Assembly: GCA_016840065.1 (NCBI GenBank)
Contig: JAEOTB010000030.1
Span: 1-10,937 of the forward strand
Length of the DNA stretch: 10,937 bases
Source: Candidatus Hermodarchaeota archaeon
Lineage (GTDB): Archaea; Asgardarchaeota; Hermodarchaeia; Hermodarchaeales; Hermodarchaeaceae
Direction: 5' to 3'
The notes under the pieces are model-generated. The model saw only the letters and a list, made by a program, of their open reading frames with translations, was not told the DNA's origin and ran no database searches. A program made the position numbers and the translations under genes. Positions 1 through 7,246 of the stretch are shown here, one piece after another. Numbering within the stretch: the stretch's first letter is position 1; each line of letters opens with the position of its first letter.

Positions 1-1
1 G

Positions 2-1150
2 GAGCTGGCAAAAGCTGAGATTTGTAAGGCTTATGCGAGTATTGGATTGTGTTCGGAGGCACTCCGAATTGCCCTTGATGTCTCACCAGGTAATGCACGT
101 TGGCAAGCGCTGACTATTGCGGGGAAGGCAATCGTAGATTGTGATATGCTGGAGAAGGGATTATCTGAAGTCGAGAAACTAGATCAAGAGGATGACAGAA
201 GCTGCATATTGGATGGGATTGCCCGTGCCCTGGCTGAGAAGGGCGAAGTCGAAGAAGCCCTCAAGATAGCAAAGGGTATAGAGAGTGATCAGCGACGTAT
301 TGTCTCCCTTGCTGCAGTGGCTGAAGCATTAGCCCTCGCAGGTTACACCTCCGAAGCAATAGAAACGGTGAAGCAATTTGAGGACCCAGACAAGGAGAGT
401 CGTGTCCTGAGCAGCGCAATCATTGTACTCTCACGAGCTGACAAAGTGGACGATGCTATGGTGCTGCTGAAAAGTATCGAGGAGGAGGGGTGGCGCCCAG
501 AAGCACTCGGAGAGATATGTGCTGCCCTGATAAGGCAAGGTAGGTTCCCTCAAGCCCAGGCCTTTTACCGTGAGCTGAAGAAGGAAGATTACAAAGTGGT
601 TGTTCTTGCTCCCCTTTCAGCGGCCTTGGTTGAAATCGGGAGAACTGATTTTGCCCTAGGACTCATCCAGGATATCAAGAGCCGGTATGCTCAGGCAATT
701 CTGATTTCTAAGGTTGTTGGGGCGCTGGTTGAAAAGATGGAAATCGCGGAAGCCATGGAGATAGCAAAGGACATCGACGCCAGCGTACCATTGGACGCTC
801 ACATCGAGCTGGCTCGTGGTTTTGCCCAAGTTGGAGACCTAGAACAGGCCCTTTCAATCGCAAGCAAGCTTCCGGCAAAGGGTTCACGCATTGCAGCTCT
901 TTCTGAAATTATCAAGGTATTGATCACCGAGAAGCGCTTTGACGAGGCATTGAAGATAGTATCCCTAATGAAGCGGAAGAAAGCCCAGACATTGGAACAG
1001 GTCAAGATTGCTGAGGCCATGGCAGCCAGCGATCAGGTTGACAGCGCGTTGGAATTGTCAGGAAGTATCGAAGAATCCCTCTACCGGGTAAATGGGCTCA
1101 CCCGTATCGCTGTTGCTATCACTGGTCACTCCTTCGTCGATTACATCTAA
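2..1150 (+). CDS. 33-aa alpha-helical repeat (TPR-like solenoid) protein, 5'-truncated by the window edge
   Basis: The frame is open from nt 2 (ELAKAEICKAYASIGL...), so the TTG at 47 is probably internal. About 11 tandem units of 33 aa (one of 32), e.g. ALKIAKGIESDQRRIVSLAAVAEALALAGYTSE, AMVLLKSIEEEGWRPEALGEICAALIRQGRFPQ and ALSIASKLPAKGSRIAALSEIIKVLITEKRFDE. Confidence 0.85.
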   Translation, partial: ELAKAEICKAYASIGLCSEALRIALDVSPGNARWQALTIAGKAIVDCDMLEKGLSEVEKLDQEDDRSCILDGIARALAEKGEVEEALKIAKGIESDQRRIVSLAAVAEALALAGYTSEAIETVKQFEDPDKESRVLSSAIIVLSRADKVDDAMVLLKSIEEEGWRPEALGEICAALIRQGRFPQAQAFYRELKKEDYKVVVLAPLSAALVEIGRTDFALGLIQDIKSRYAQAILISKVVGALVEKMEIAEAMEIAKDIDASVPLDAHIELARGFAQVGDLEQALSIASKLPAKGSRIAALSEIIKVLITEKRFDEALKIVSLMKRKKAQTLEQVKIAEAMAASDQVDSALELSGSIEESLYRVNGLTRIAVAITGHSFVDYI

Positions 1151-1176
1151 ACCTCTTGTCCAGTCTAGCTGATGTG

Positions 1177-2397
1177 CTAATCAATTTCTACTAATTTCTC
1201 TGACTTCTTTTGTGTATGGTGTAATATACCGACCAGGCTAGCTGGTAGTGGCAGAAATAGAGCCACAATAAGAAGTGGTAGTGCTGGACTTTGTGAATAC
1301 CCTAGTCCTCCAAGTATTGGAGATACTGGTGTTAGGATGCGGCCAACAAAGGAGAAGACAGCAAAGGCATTGGGCTGCTGGGCTTTAGTGATATGATTCG
1401 AAATAATCGCTGATAGCAATGATCCTGTTCCAGTAAGTCCATTGAATACATAGATTGCAGGGAGAATTGCTACGCTGGGACAGAAGACTAACGCACCGTA
1501 GAAACAAAAGACGGTGGTAACGGGGAGTAGGAGTATTTTCGTATGACCCCACTTATCTCCTGCTATTCCGATTAGAGGTCCAAAAAACGCTGCACTCATA
1601 TTGACAATGGCACTGAGAATGCCAATCTGTGTTTCTTGTAACCCGAAATGATCAGATAGGAATAGGGGCACAAAGAAATTCGCTACCATACCTAGCGTCA
1701 TGATGGAGGTCCAGAGTACCGTCGTTACAATGAAGACTCGATTCCTGAGGAAACCTCGGCTCCAACGTTTTTCACTGTCGTCAACTTGACGGGGTACTTT
1801 AGAGATTGGGAGCATCAAGAGGGTGCTCATACTGAACATAATTGCTGCAAGAGAGAACACAGAAGAGAATCCTGTTGTCTCGATGAGCCAACCTCCAAGA
1901 ATTGGTCCAGGAATTCCACCTATTGCAGAGGAGGTTGTTAATAGGGTGAACGCGAGACCTCGTCTTTTTCCACTAATGAGATGGCTGATATAACTGCCTA
2001 TAGGTGCAGCAGCTAGGGCCATGCTTCCTTCACAAACAGCTCCAAGCAAGGTCCACTGCCATGTTGGTGCAAGGAGGTAGATGAGCGGAGCAGGGACGAT
2101 CGAGCCCCAGGAAATGATGAGAACGGGTTTCTCTCCAAACCGAGTAGTTAGTAAGCCTCCCACTCCAATCCAGATGAGAACACTTAGTAACAGAACCGTT
2201 TGATAGAGTCCGACCTCGATAGGATTGGCACCGTAACTACGAACATAGAGTCCGATGAAGCTTGAATATAGGTTGATGGCAAAGACCCAGAATATATTCG
2301 AGAAGAGCATCAATCCAAAGCTACGAATTGGATTGCTTACTTTGCTGGGTTCATCACGCAACTTTGCCTCACCGCTGTGTTTCTTTTTCGGTGCCAT
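1177..2397 (-). CDS. Major facilitator superfamily (MFS) transporter; the true start may be TTG at 2361
   Basis: About 12 hydrophobic segments in two halves. Motif A-like loops GGLLTTRFGEK and GIAGDKWGHTK, plus RRGLAF...GPILGGWL. GGTGAGG (2373-2367) lies 5 nt before an in-frame TTG at 2361, and a TTTTAA box at 2418-2413 is too close to ATG 2397 for that ATG to be transcribed from it. Confidence 0.92.
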   Translation of the reverse strand: MAPKKKHSGEAKLRDEPSKVSNPIRSFGLMLFSNIFWVFAINLYSSFIGLYVRSYGANPIEVGLYQTVLLLSVLIWIGVGGLLTTRFGEKPVLIISWGSIVPAPLIYLLAPTWQWTLLGAVCEGSMALAAAPIGSYISHLISGKRRGLAFTLLTTSSAIGGIPGPILGGWLIETTGFSSVFSLAAIMFSMSTLLMLPISKVPRQVDDSEKRWSRGFLRNRVFIVTTVLWTSIMTLGMVANFFVPLFLSDHFGLQETQIGILSAIVNMSAAFFGPLIGIAGDKWGHTKILLLPVTTVFCFYGALVFCPSVAILPAIYVFNGLTGTGSLLSAIISNHITKAQQPNAFAVFSFVGRILTPVSPILGGLGYSQSPALPLLIVALFLPLPASLVGILHHTQKKSEKLVEID

Positions 2398-2412
2398 CGG
2401 TTTACTGGCAGG

Positions 2413-2427
2413 TTAAAAGATTTCCTT
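2413..2427 (-). promoter_or_regulatory. Candidate BRE/TATA promoter for the MFS gene
   Basis: The minus strand reads AAGGAAATC-TTTTAA, about 52 nt upstream of the proposed TTG start. Confidence 0.45.
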
Positions 2428-2605
2428 AATCCTGGGTGCAGGGTTGACCTGAGCTAGTTACAAGTATGTTTTTTCAATCTGTCATACAGCTTGCTAGCCC
2501 GTTTTTTAAGAAAAACCACTTCAAAACTCATTCTTTTTGAGTAATTCGCAATGATTCAGCGTTTTTTATCAGAAATACTTAATAAGAACGAGGTAGAAAT
2601 AAGGT

Positions 2606-2649
2606 GATGCTGAAAGACACGGGGGCCACTCCCTATCTCCACCAGCATC
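2606..2649 (-). terminator. Imperfect stem-loop downstream of the BPL_N-like gene (possible terminator or 3' UTR element)
   Basis: Minus strand GATGCTG GT GGAGATA GGG AGTGG CCCCCG TGTCTTT CAGCATC has a perfect 7-bp outer stem. The inner GGAGATA/TGTCTTT stem needs G-U pairs and so folds only on the minus-strand RNA. It starts 40 nt after the stop at 2689 and is followed by T-rich sequence. Confidence 0.5.
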
Positions 2650-2688
2650 GATTTTTCAAAACTTGCCTGTAATCCATCAAGTTGTGTT

Positions 2689-3639
2689 CTAGTTCTGGCG
2701 CTTCAGGAATAGGGCTATACTCACCACGGCTATAATCGCAGCCACAAATCCACCGACAACCAAGATCGGGATTAATGGAGGCAGGGTTGTTGTTCCCCCA
2801 GTGATTGTTGGGGGAGTAAAGGTTGTGGGATTTATGAGCCAGCGAGCCACCTTCAATAGAAGCCCCCATTCGGTGTCCGGATCAGCCAGGTCATCATGGC
2901 GAGTGGTCCCATCCCTCGTTCCTCCTTCCTCATATTCAGGATGAGGACTAGATAGGAAGACTGCCCCACTACCATTCCGGAATGTTACCATGGCTGGAAG
3001 ATCGTTCTCAGGATACGTAGCGATGGTGTTTATTGGTGTATCATCGACTGCTTCAAAGAAGCCACCGCCCCACCGCATCGTGGAGTAGGAGGCAGGTTCT
3101 GCTGTGAGGTCGGGACCAGTTGAAGCGTAATTAACTGATATTGTTCCCAGATGAACCAGTGCGCTAACACCTGATGCTGGGACCCTCATGACAACATCAA
3201 AGAGACTGTAATTTGGCCATTCAAAATAGAATCCACCATAGATTCCGAAATAAGCGCCGCCTCCTTCCACAAAGGAACGGATGATGTCTTGTCCTGATGG
3301 ACCCATCTCATCGACAAAAGCAGTGTATGGACTGATCCCAGGCATTGCGAAGATGTCATACCCATCAAGCCCCTCGGTGTTTACCTGAGTGGGTGATAGG
3401 GTTGTGACTGTAGCGTTCATCCATTCGAAAAGATTCACCACAGCCATTCTACTAGCGTAGTTCTCATCAGAGTGACCTCCACCGTACACTGCTACATTCG
3501 CCCCTGTGAGGTCCCCAGACCCCTGTGCCTCAACAGCAACATGCCCTGGGAGACTGAGGGCTGGAGTGAAGGTAAACAACAAGAGAATACTGGCTAAAAG
3601 AAGATATGATTTTCTGAATCTGACTTCTGGATATTTCAT
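2689..3639 (-). CDS. Secreted, membrane-anchored BPL_N-like (class I glutamine amidotransferase fold) protein with a Cys->Tyr substitution at the nucleophile elbow
   Basis: Basic plus hydrophobic N-terminal signal peptide. BPL_N-type motifs VAVY, DIFAMPG, IIRSFVEGGGAYFGIYGGFY and VFLSSPHPEY. Thr/Pro linker, TM helix and KRQN tail. GAGGT lies upstream of the ATG. Confidence 0.8.
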   Translation of the reverse strand: MKYPEVRFRKSYLLLASILLLFTFTPALSLPGHVAVEAQGSGDLTGANVAVYGGGHSDENYASRMAVVNLFEWMNATVTTLSPTQVNTEGLDGYDIFAMPGISPYTAFVDEMGPSGQDIIRSFVEGGGAYFGIYGGFYFEWPNYSLFDVVMRVPASGVSALVHLGTISVNYASTGPDLTAEPASYSTMRWGGGFFEAVDDTPINTIATYPENDLPAMVTFRNGSGAVFLSSPHPEYEEGGTRDGTTRHDDLADPDTEWGLLLKVARWLINPTTFTPPTITGGTTTLPPLIPILVVGGFVAAIIAVVSIALFLKRQN

Positions 3640-3801
3640 TGGGCTCTAACCTCAAAGCGTATTTAGAATTCGATAATGGATGAGGAGCCCGAGGATTATT
3701 TATTCACGGTAGCGATGTGGTAGTAAAAAGGGTGAAAAGTGGCGTCCAATCCGTAAGAAATCGAACCACTTGGTTCCATTTCTCATCCACTCTACTTCAT
3801 A

Positions 3802-3936
3802 ATGGAAAGGCTTCTATTTGGCCCTCTTTCGTTTCTTCTTCTTGGGCTTGGATTCCTCAGAGGGGGGTTTTATGTAAGCGTATTTACAGACTCTGATTGT
3901 CAACACATCCTGGGAGCCAGTTTGTTTGACCGATGA
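3802..3936 (+). CDS. Possible 44-aa small ORF with a hydrophobic N-half (below the ORF-track cutoff)
   Basis: ATG 3802 to TGA 3936 encodes MERLLFGPLSFLLLGLGFLRGGFYVSVFTDSDCQHILGASLFDR. Its stop overlaps the next ATG (ATGA). No homology recognised. Confidence 0.2.
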   Translation: MERLLFGPLSFLLLGLGFLRGGFYVSVFTDSDCQHILGASLFDR

Positions 3937-4022
3937 TATTGGCAGAGACTGAGAACATGGTTTATCGCTATCATGGAGGAAGATGGTACTTGGCGTGGGG
4001 GGAAGATTATATCAGTGTCTAA
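3933..4022 (+). CDS. Possible 29-aa aromatic-rich small peptide
   Basis: ATG 3933 to TAA 4022 encodes MILAETENMVYRYHGGRWYLAWGEDYISV. TTTTATGTAA lies upstream at 3868-3877; a hairpin at 4015-4050 and a T-rich run follow. Confidence 0.3.
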   Translation: MILAETENMVYRYHGGRWYLAWGEDYISV

Positions 4023-4050
4023 ACTATAGCTGCTCCCTATAGAAAGACAC
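4015..4050. repeat. Stem-loop / inverted repeat
   Basis: GTGTCT AAA CTATAG CTGCTCC CTATAG AA AGACAC forms two 6-bp stems with a small internal loop and a 7-nt apical loop. Confidence 0.6.
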
Positions 4051-4141
4051 GCGTGCCACGCTTTTAATAATTCTTATTGCGGCAATCACCCAGAGGATTG
4101 ACTTAACCTCTGAATGCTGTTGGCAGTTTCACTGATATCGA

Positions 4142-4846
4142 TCAAGGTAGTCCGATTTTTTCTCTGAATCTGTGTAGTGTTACGAACCCTCTGAAAGAGG
4201 TGAGAATCAAAAGAATATCAACGACAATACTGAACATAGGCTCCGGAATGAGAAAGGTTGGTATGAACGAGAATGCCCCTGTAACAATAAGGAGGATCCC
4301 CGTAGATAAGCCCAATTTGGGTCTATCTGTCTGTTTACCTACCACTATGAATGTAGATCCCCAAAGAATCAAAGTGACCCCAAAGAAAGCGAGCCCTAGA
4401 TACCACAATATCATATAGACTGTGTAAGGATGAAAGGACCAGATAAAGACGGGGATTCCATAAGCAAGGCTTACATAGAATGTAACTTGTATTAGTAGGA
4501 ACCAGATGAGCACCATCGAAATTATGAAAGTTACCAAACCCATCAGTGAGCCGTAATATCTTCGAAACCCATAGAACCCAAAGGAGACCAAGACTCCACC
4601 GACTATGAAGAGAACGTAAGTAACCGCCAAGAAGATGAAATTGGATCCAAAACCGAGGAGTGGGGGAGTGGATGTAATTCTAGCCAGCGCAGCTATTATC
4701 AAGAAGAAGAAGCCGATTTCCCCGATTAGATAGATTCTACTCGTGGTTCCCTGGGGAACACCACCTACGCGTTCCCTCGATGGAGGTATGGAGGCTAGAA
4801 CGCTAACCTCAGCAAATTTCTTACTGTGGGCTCTTCCTTGAAACAT
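4142..4846 (-). CDS. Polytopic membrane protein (~6 TM), reminiscent of archaeal DUF996/DUF973-type proteins
   Basis: A hydrophilic N-terminus is followed by about 6 hydrophobic helices with an internal duplication (GGVLVSFGFYGFRRYYGSLMGLVTFII vs GVTLILWGSTFIVVGKQTDRPKLGLSTGILL). The family assignment is tentative. Confidence 0.7.
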   Translation of the reverse strand: MFQGRAHSKKFAEVSVLASIPPSRERVGGVPQGTTSRIYLIGEIGFFFLIIAALARITSTPPLLGFGSNFIFLAVTYVLFIVGGVLVSFGFYGFRRYYGSLMGLVTFIISMVLIWFLLIQVTFYVSLAYGIPVFIWSFHPYTVYMILWYLGLAFFGVTLILWGSTFIVVGKQTDRPKLGLSTGILLIVTGAFSFIPTFLIPEPMFSIVVDILLILTSFRGFVTLHRFREKIGLP

Positions 4847-5020
4847 GATGTTTCCCTCTAAACCAATAAGGGAGTACCTACACCTTACTTCTTTTAAATG
4901 TTAGAATGAAGCCCATCCATTATTTACTACGGTAATGCAGCGTGAGCTACCCTTTGAACCCTGGGAAGCTTATTGGCTACAATCTCATCGATGACCCTTT
5001 CTCGCGCATTCTTGCTTGTG

Positions 5021-5230
5021 CTACAACCCTGGAAGACCGAGATAGAGAAGATAAGCACCAGCTAATAAGATGAGGACGCCTAAAACGAACCAGATCCATG
5101 TGAGGGCGATTGGTTCAGCGATGCGTCGTTTTCTCATGATTACGACGATTCCAGCGAATATGAACATGCCACCGACTGCGATGAAGCACAGTCCTGCAAG
5201 GAAGAAGGTGAATAACACGTCTTGGAGCAT
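5021..5230 (-). CDS. Small two-TM membrane protein (69 aa)
   Basis: Two hydrophobic helices separated by a basic RKRR loop. GTGAGGT (5243-5237) lies just upstream of the ATG. Confidence 0.8.
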   Translation of the reverse strand: MLQDVLFTFFLAGLCFIAVGGMFIFAGIVVIMRKRRIAEPIALTWIWFVLGVLILLAGAYLLYLGLPGL

Positions 5231-5350
5231 AATATGACCTCACTCTTGTTTTGTGCTTTCTATTGATTTAGTTTATCCTTCGACAATTTTGGTCTGTTTG
5301 TTTACTTGGAGCGTTTCTAGGGCCCGTATCATAAAATTAATAAATGTTTA

Positions 5351-5368
5351 CCAAAATTTAGTATATAT
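5351..5368 (+). promoter_or_regulatory. Candidate BRE/TATA promoter for serine hydrolase 1
   Basis: CCAAAA-TTTAGTATATAT sits in an AT-rich divergent intergenic region about 55-70 nt upstream of ATG 5423. Confidence 0.5.
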
Positions 5369-5422
5369 GTGGCAGCTAGAACACACACAGCATCAGCCAC
5401 GATAAACCAGAGGAACACCCAC

Positions 5423-6733
5423 ATGAAACATAAAAAACGCTTAACCACCCTCATCCTCCCATTACTCCTCATCCTAACCTGGTCCCAGCTAGGATTCACT
5501 ATCAACACAGCAGGAGTTAACCAGACTACAACCGAGATTGGCACAGTATCCGCGTCAACAGACGCAGAAATCCTAGACCTAATGAGCTCAGGATCGATTC
5601 CCTCTCTCCAATGCGGTATCGTAGTACAGGACCGTCTGGCTTGGGCGAAGGGCTATGGTGATCAACCCGATTTGGACACAGTGTTCATGATTGGTTCAAT
5701 CACCAAGACCTTCACGGCTACTGCCATTCTCCAGCTTGTAGAGCAAGGTCTAATCGACCTTGATGCGGACATAAACACCTATCTTCCCTTTTCCGTGAGA
5801 AACCCCGATTTTCCAGCGGATCCGGTAACAACGCGTCAACTTCTAGCCCACACTTCAGGTCTTGCAAGAGAGATTGGTTATTTTCTTGTTGATAACCAGT
5901 TGATTGGATGGGTGAATGATCAATTTGGGGAGAGCTTTGCCTTGTGGGCAAGTCCACCAGCCCTAGACGAGATTATCACGTCCACAAGTATGGCGAACGC
6001 CTCGGTTTGGGATAATCGTCCGGGAACAACCTTCGTATATTCAAATCTCGGATTTATGCTTCTTTCCTACATTCTCGAGGAGGTCACCGGACAGACTCTA
6101 GCGTCTTATGTTCAAGAGCACATCACAGACCCCCTCGGTATGGGTAGTACAGGTTTTTCCGCCTCCGATTTCCCTGACCGACTAGCCATAGGCTATGAGC
6201 GGGTAAACGTTACCACGATTGCGGCGCTACCTCACTATGATACTTACTATTGGGGTGCTGGTCAATTACGGAGCACGGTTTTGGATCTCGCCCCATACAT
6301 GATTGCTCACATGAATCTTGGGAGATACGGGACTACTCAGCTCTTGCAGCCCTCCTCTGTTGAGCTTATGCATCAGTCTGTTACCGAGTACTATGGACTT
6401 GGCTGGACTATTGATGAACAAATTCACGGTCATGGCGGCAATGTCTTTGGGTATTGGGGCCTCATGTTCTATAGAGAGACAGAGCAGGGCTCCTACGGAG
6501 TCATCATACTTGTAAACAGGGATTATCTCTTCCACGCAGATACTGCCTTTACCTCTAGCGTTGAGGATGTCTTTGTGTTGCTCTTTGAAGAAGCAGAACG
6601 GATGTTTGAGCAAGCGCTGGTGAATGCCGGGTTAACCATGATGCTGGTCATCGGCGGAATATCCGCTGGAGTTGCAGTAACGATAATAGTTGTTGTTATC
6701 CTGAAAAGGCGAGGTGCCCAAAGACATATCTGA
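5423..6733 (+). CDS. Secreted, membrane-anchored serine hydrolase, class C beta-lactamase/D-peptidase family (copy 1)
   Basis: FMIGSITKTF (SxxK), RQLLAHTSGL, FVYSNLG (YxN), PLGM, YGLGW and HGHGG. ATG 5423 gives a proper signal peptide (MKHKKRLTTLILPLLLIL), unlike the GTG at 5369 that abuts the TATA box. C-terminal TM helix plus KRR. Confidence 0.93.
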   Translation: MKHKKRLTTLILPLLLILTWSQLGFTINTAGVNQTTTEIGTVSASTDAEILDLMSSGSIPSLQCGIVVQDRLAWAKGYGDQPDLDTVFMIGSITKTFTATAILQLVEQGLIDLDADINTYLPFSVRNPDFPADPVTTRQLLAHTSGLAREIGYFLVDNQLIGWVNDQFGESFALWASPPALDEIITSTSMANASVWDNRPGTTFVYSNLGFMLLSYILEEVTGQTLASYVQEHITDPLGMGSTGFSASDFPDRLAIGYERVNVTTIAALPHYDTYYWGAGQLRSTVLDLAPYMIAHMNLGRYGTTQLLQPSSVELMHQSVTEYYGLGWTIDEQIHGHGGNVFGYWGLMFYRETEQGSYGVIILVNRDYLFHADTAFTSSVEDVFVLLFEEAERMFEQALVNAGLTMMLVIGGISAGVAVTIIVVVILKRRGAQRHI

Positions 6734-6738
6734 AGTGG

Positions 6739-7113
6739 TTATTTCGCCTTGACTTTCACCCTTGAACTGGCAGTATAGATTAGAACAGCTGGTATAAGCC
6801 CAAAAAGTAGTGGAGGGATCAGGCTCGTTATGGCTAAGACCAGGCTAGACATCAAGAGTCCTCTTTTGTGATAGCCTAGGTCTCTTTGCCACCTAATCCA
6901 TAGAATCAATAAATTAAGGTAGATAAAACCGAAGATAAGATAGGCCGTGATAAAGGGAAGGAGGAATACCCCAAAGTAAGGGGAAGCGGGGAGTAACACG
7001 AATAAGGTTCTGAAGGAAATGATGCCTACGAAGATGAATGTGATGATTACGTGGATGCTTTGGGTTATTATGGCGTTTCTAAGTGATGGCAACTCGTAAC
7101 TTTCTGCAGACAT
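6739..7113 (-). CDS. Small membrane protein (124 aa, 3-4 TM), function unknown
   Basis: Hydrophobic segments with basic loops and a basic tail (SSRVKVKAK). It fills the space between the two hydrolases without overlap. Confidence 0.75.
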   Translation of the reverse strand: MSAESYELPSLRNAIITQSIHVIITFIFVGIISFRTLFVLLPASPYFGVFLLPFITAYLIFGFIYLNLLILWIRWQRDLGYHKRGLLMSSLVLAITSLIPPLLFGLIPAVLIYTASSRVKVKAK

Positions 7114-7246
7114 CGTGAAAGTCTTCCTCGGGATCGGTAAGGTGGTACACTACAGTTCCTAGTTCTCTATTAGCTTTTACCTAACTCGCTCTTTCCGGTT
7201 TGATTAGCCTTTTAGGGTGATGAGTCGTTGCTAAGAGAGAAGGGTA

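Noticed and set aside
799-1020. 73-aa minus-strand ORF
   Set aside because: Antisense shadow inside the repeat-protein gene, with no motifs.
2362-2397. N-terminal MAPKKKH of the MFS as an NLS-like tag
   Set aside because: Probably untranslated, because the SD and TATA positions favour TTG 2361.
2606-2688. 3' UTR hairpin as a SECIS element
   Set aside because: The upstream gene has no in-frame TGA, and I see no clear SECIS core motif.
2633-3368. 78-aa (2633-2869) and 60-aa (3186-3368) minus-strand ORFs
   Set aside because: Alternative frames overlapping the BPL_N-like gene, with no independent signals.
4200-4418. 72-aa plus-strand ORF
   Set aside because: Antisense of a hydrophobic membrane-protein gene.
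4906-4994. Tiny chained plus-strand ORFs (e.g. MQRELPFEPWEAYWLQSHR at 4935-4994)
   Set aside because: Under 20 aa, with no RBS or promoter support; consistent with chance.
5329-6613. ORFs 5329-5544, 5718-5957, 6266-6613 (-) and 6318-6515 (+)
   Set aside because: Shadows of serine hydrolase 1.
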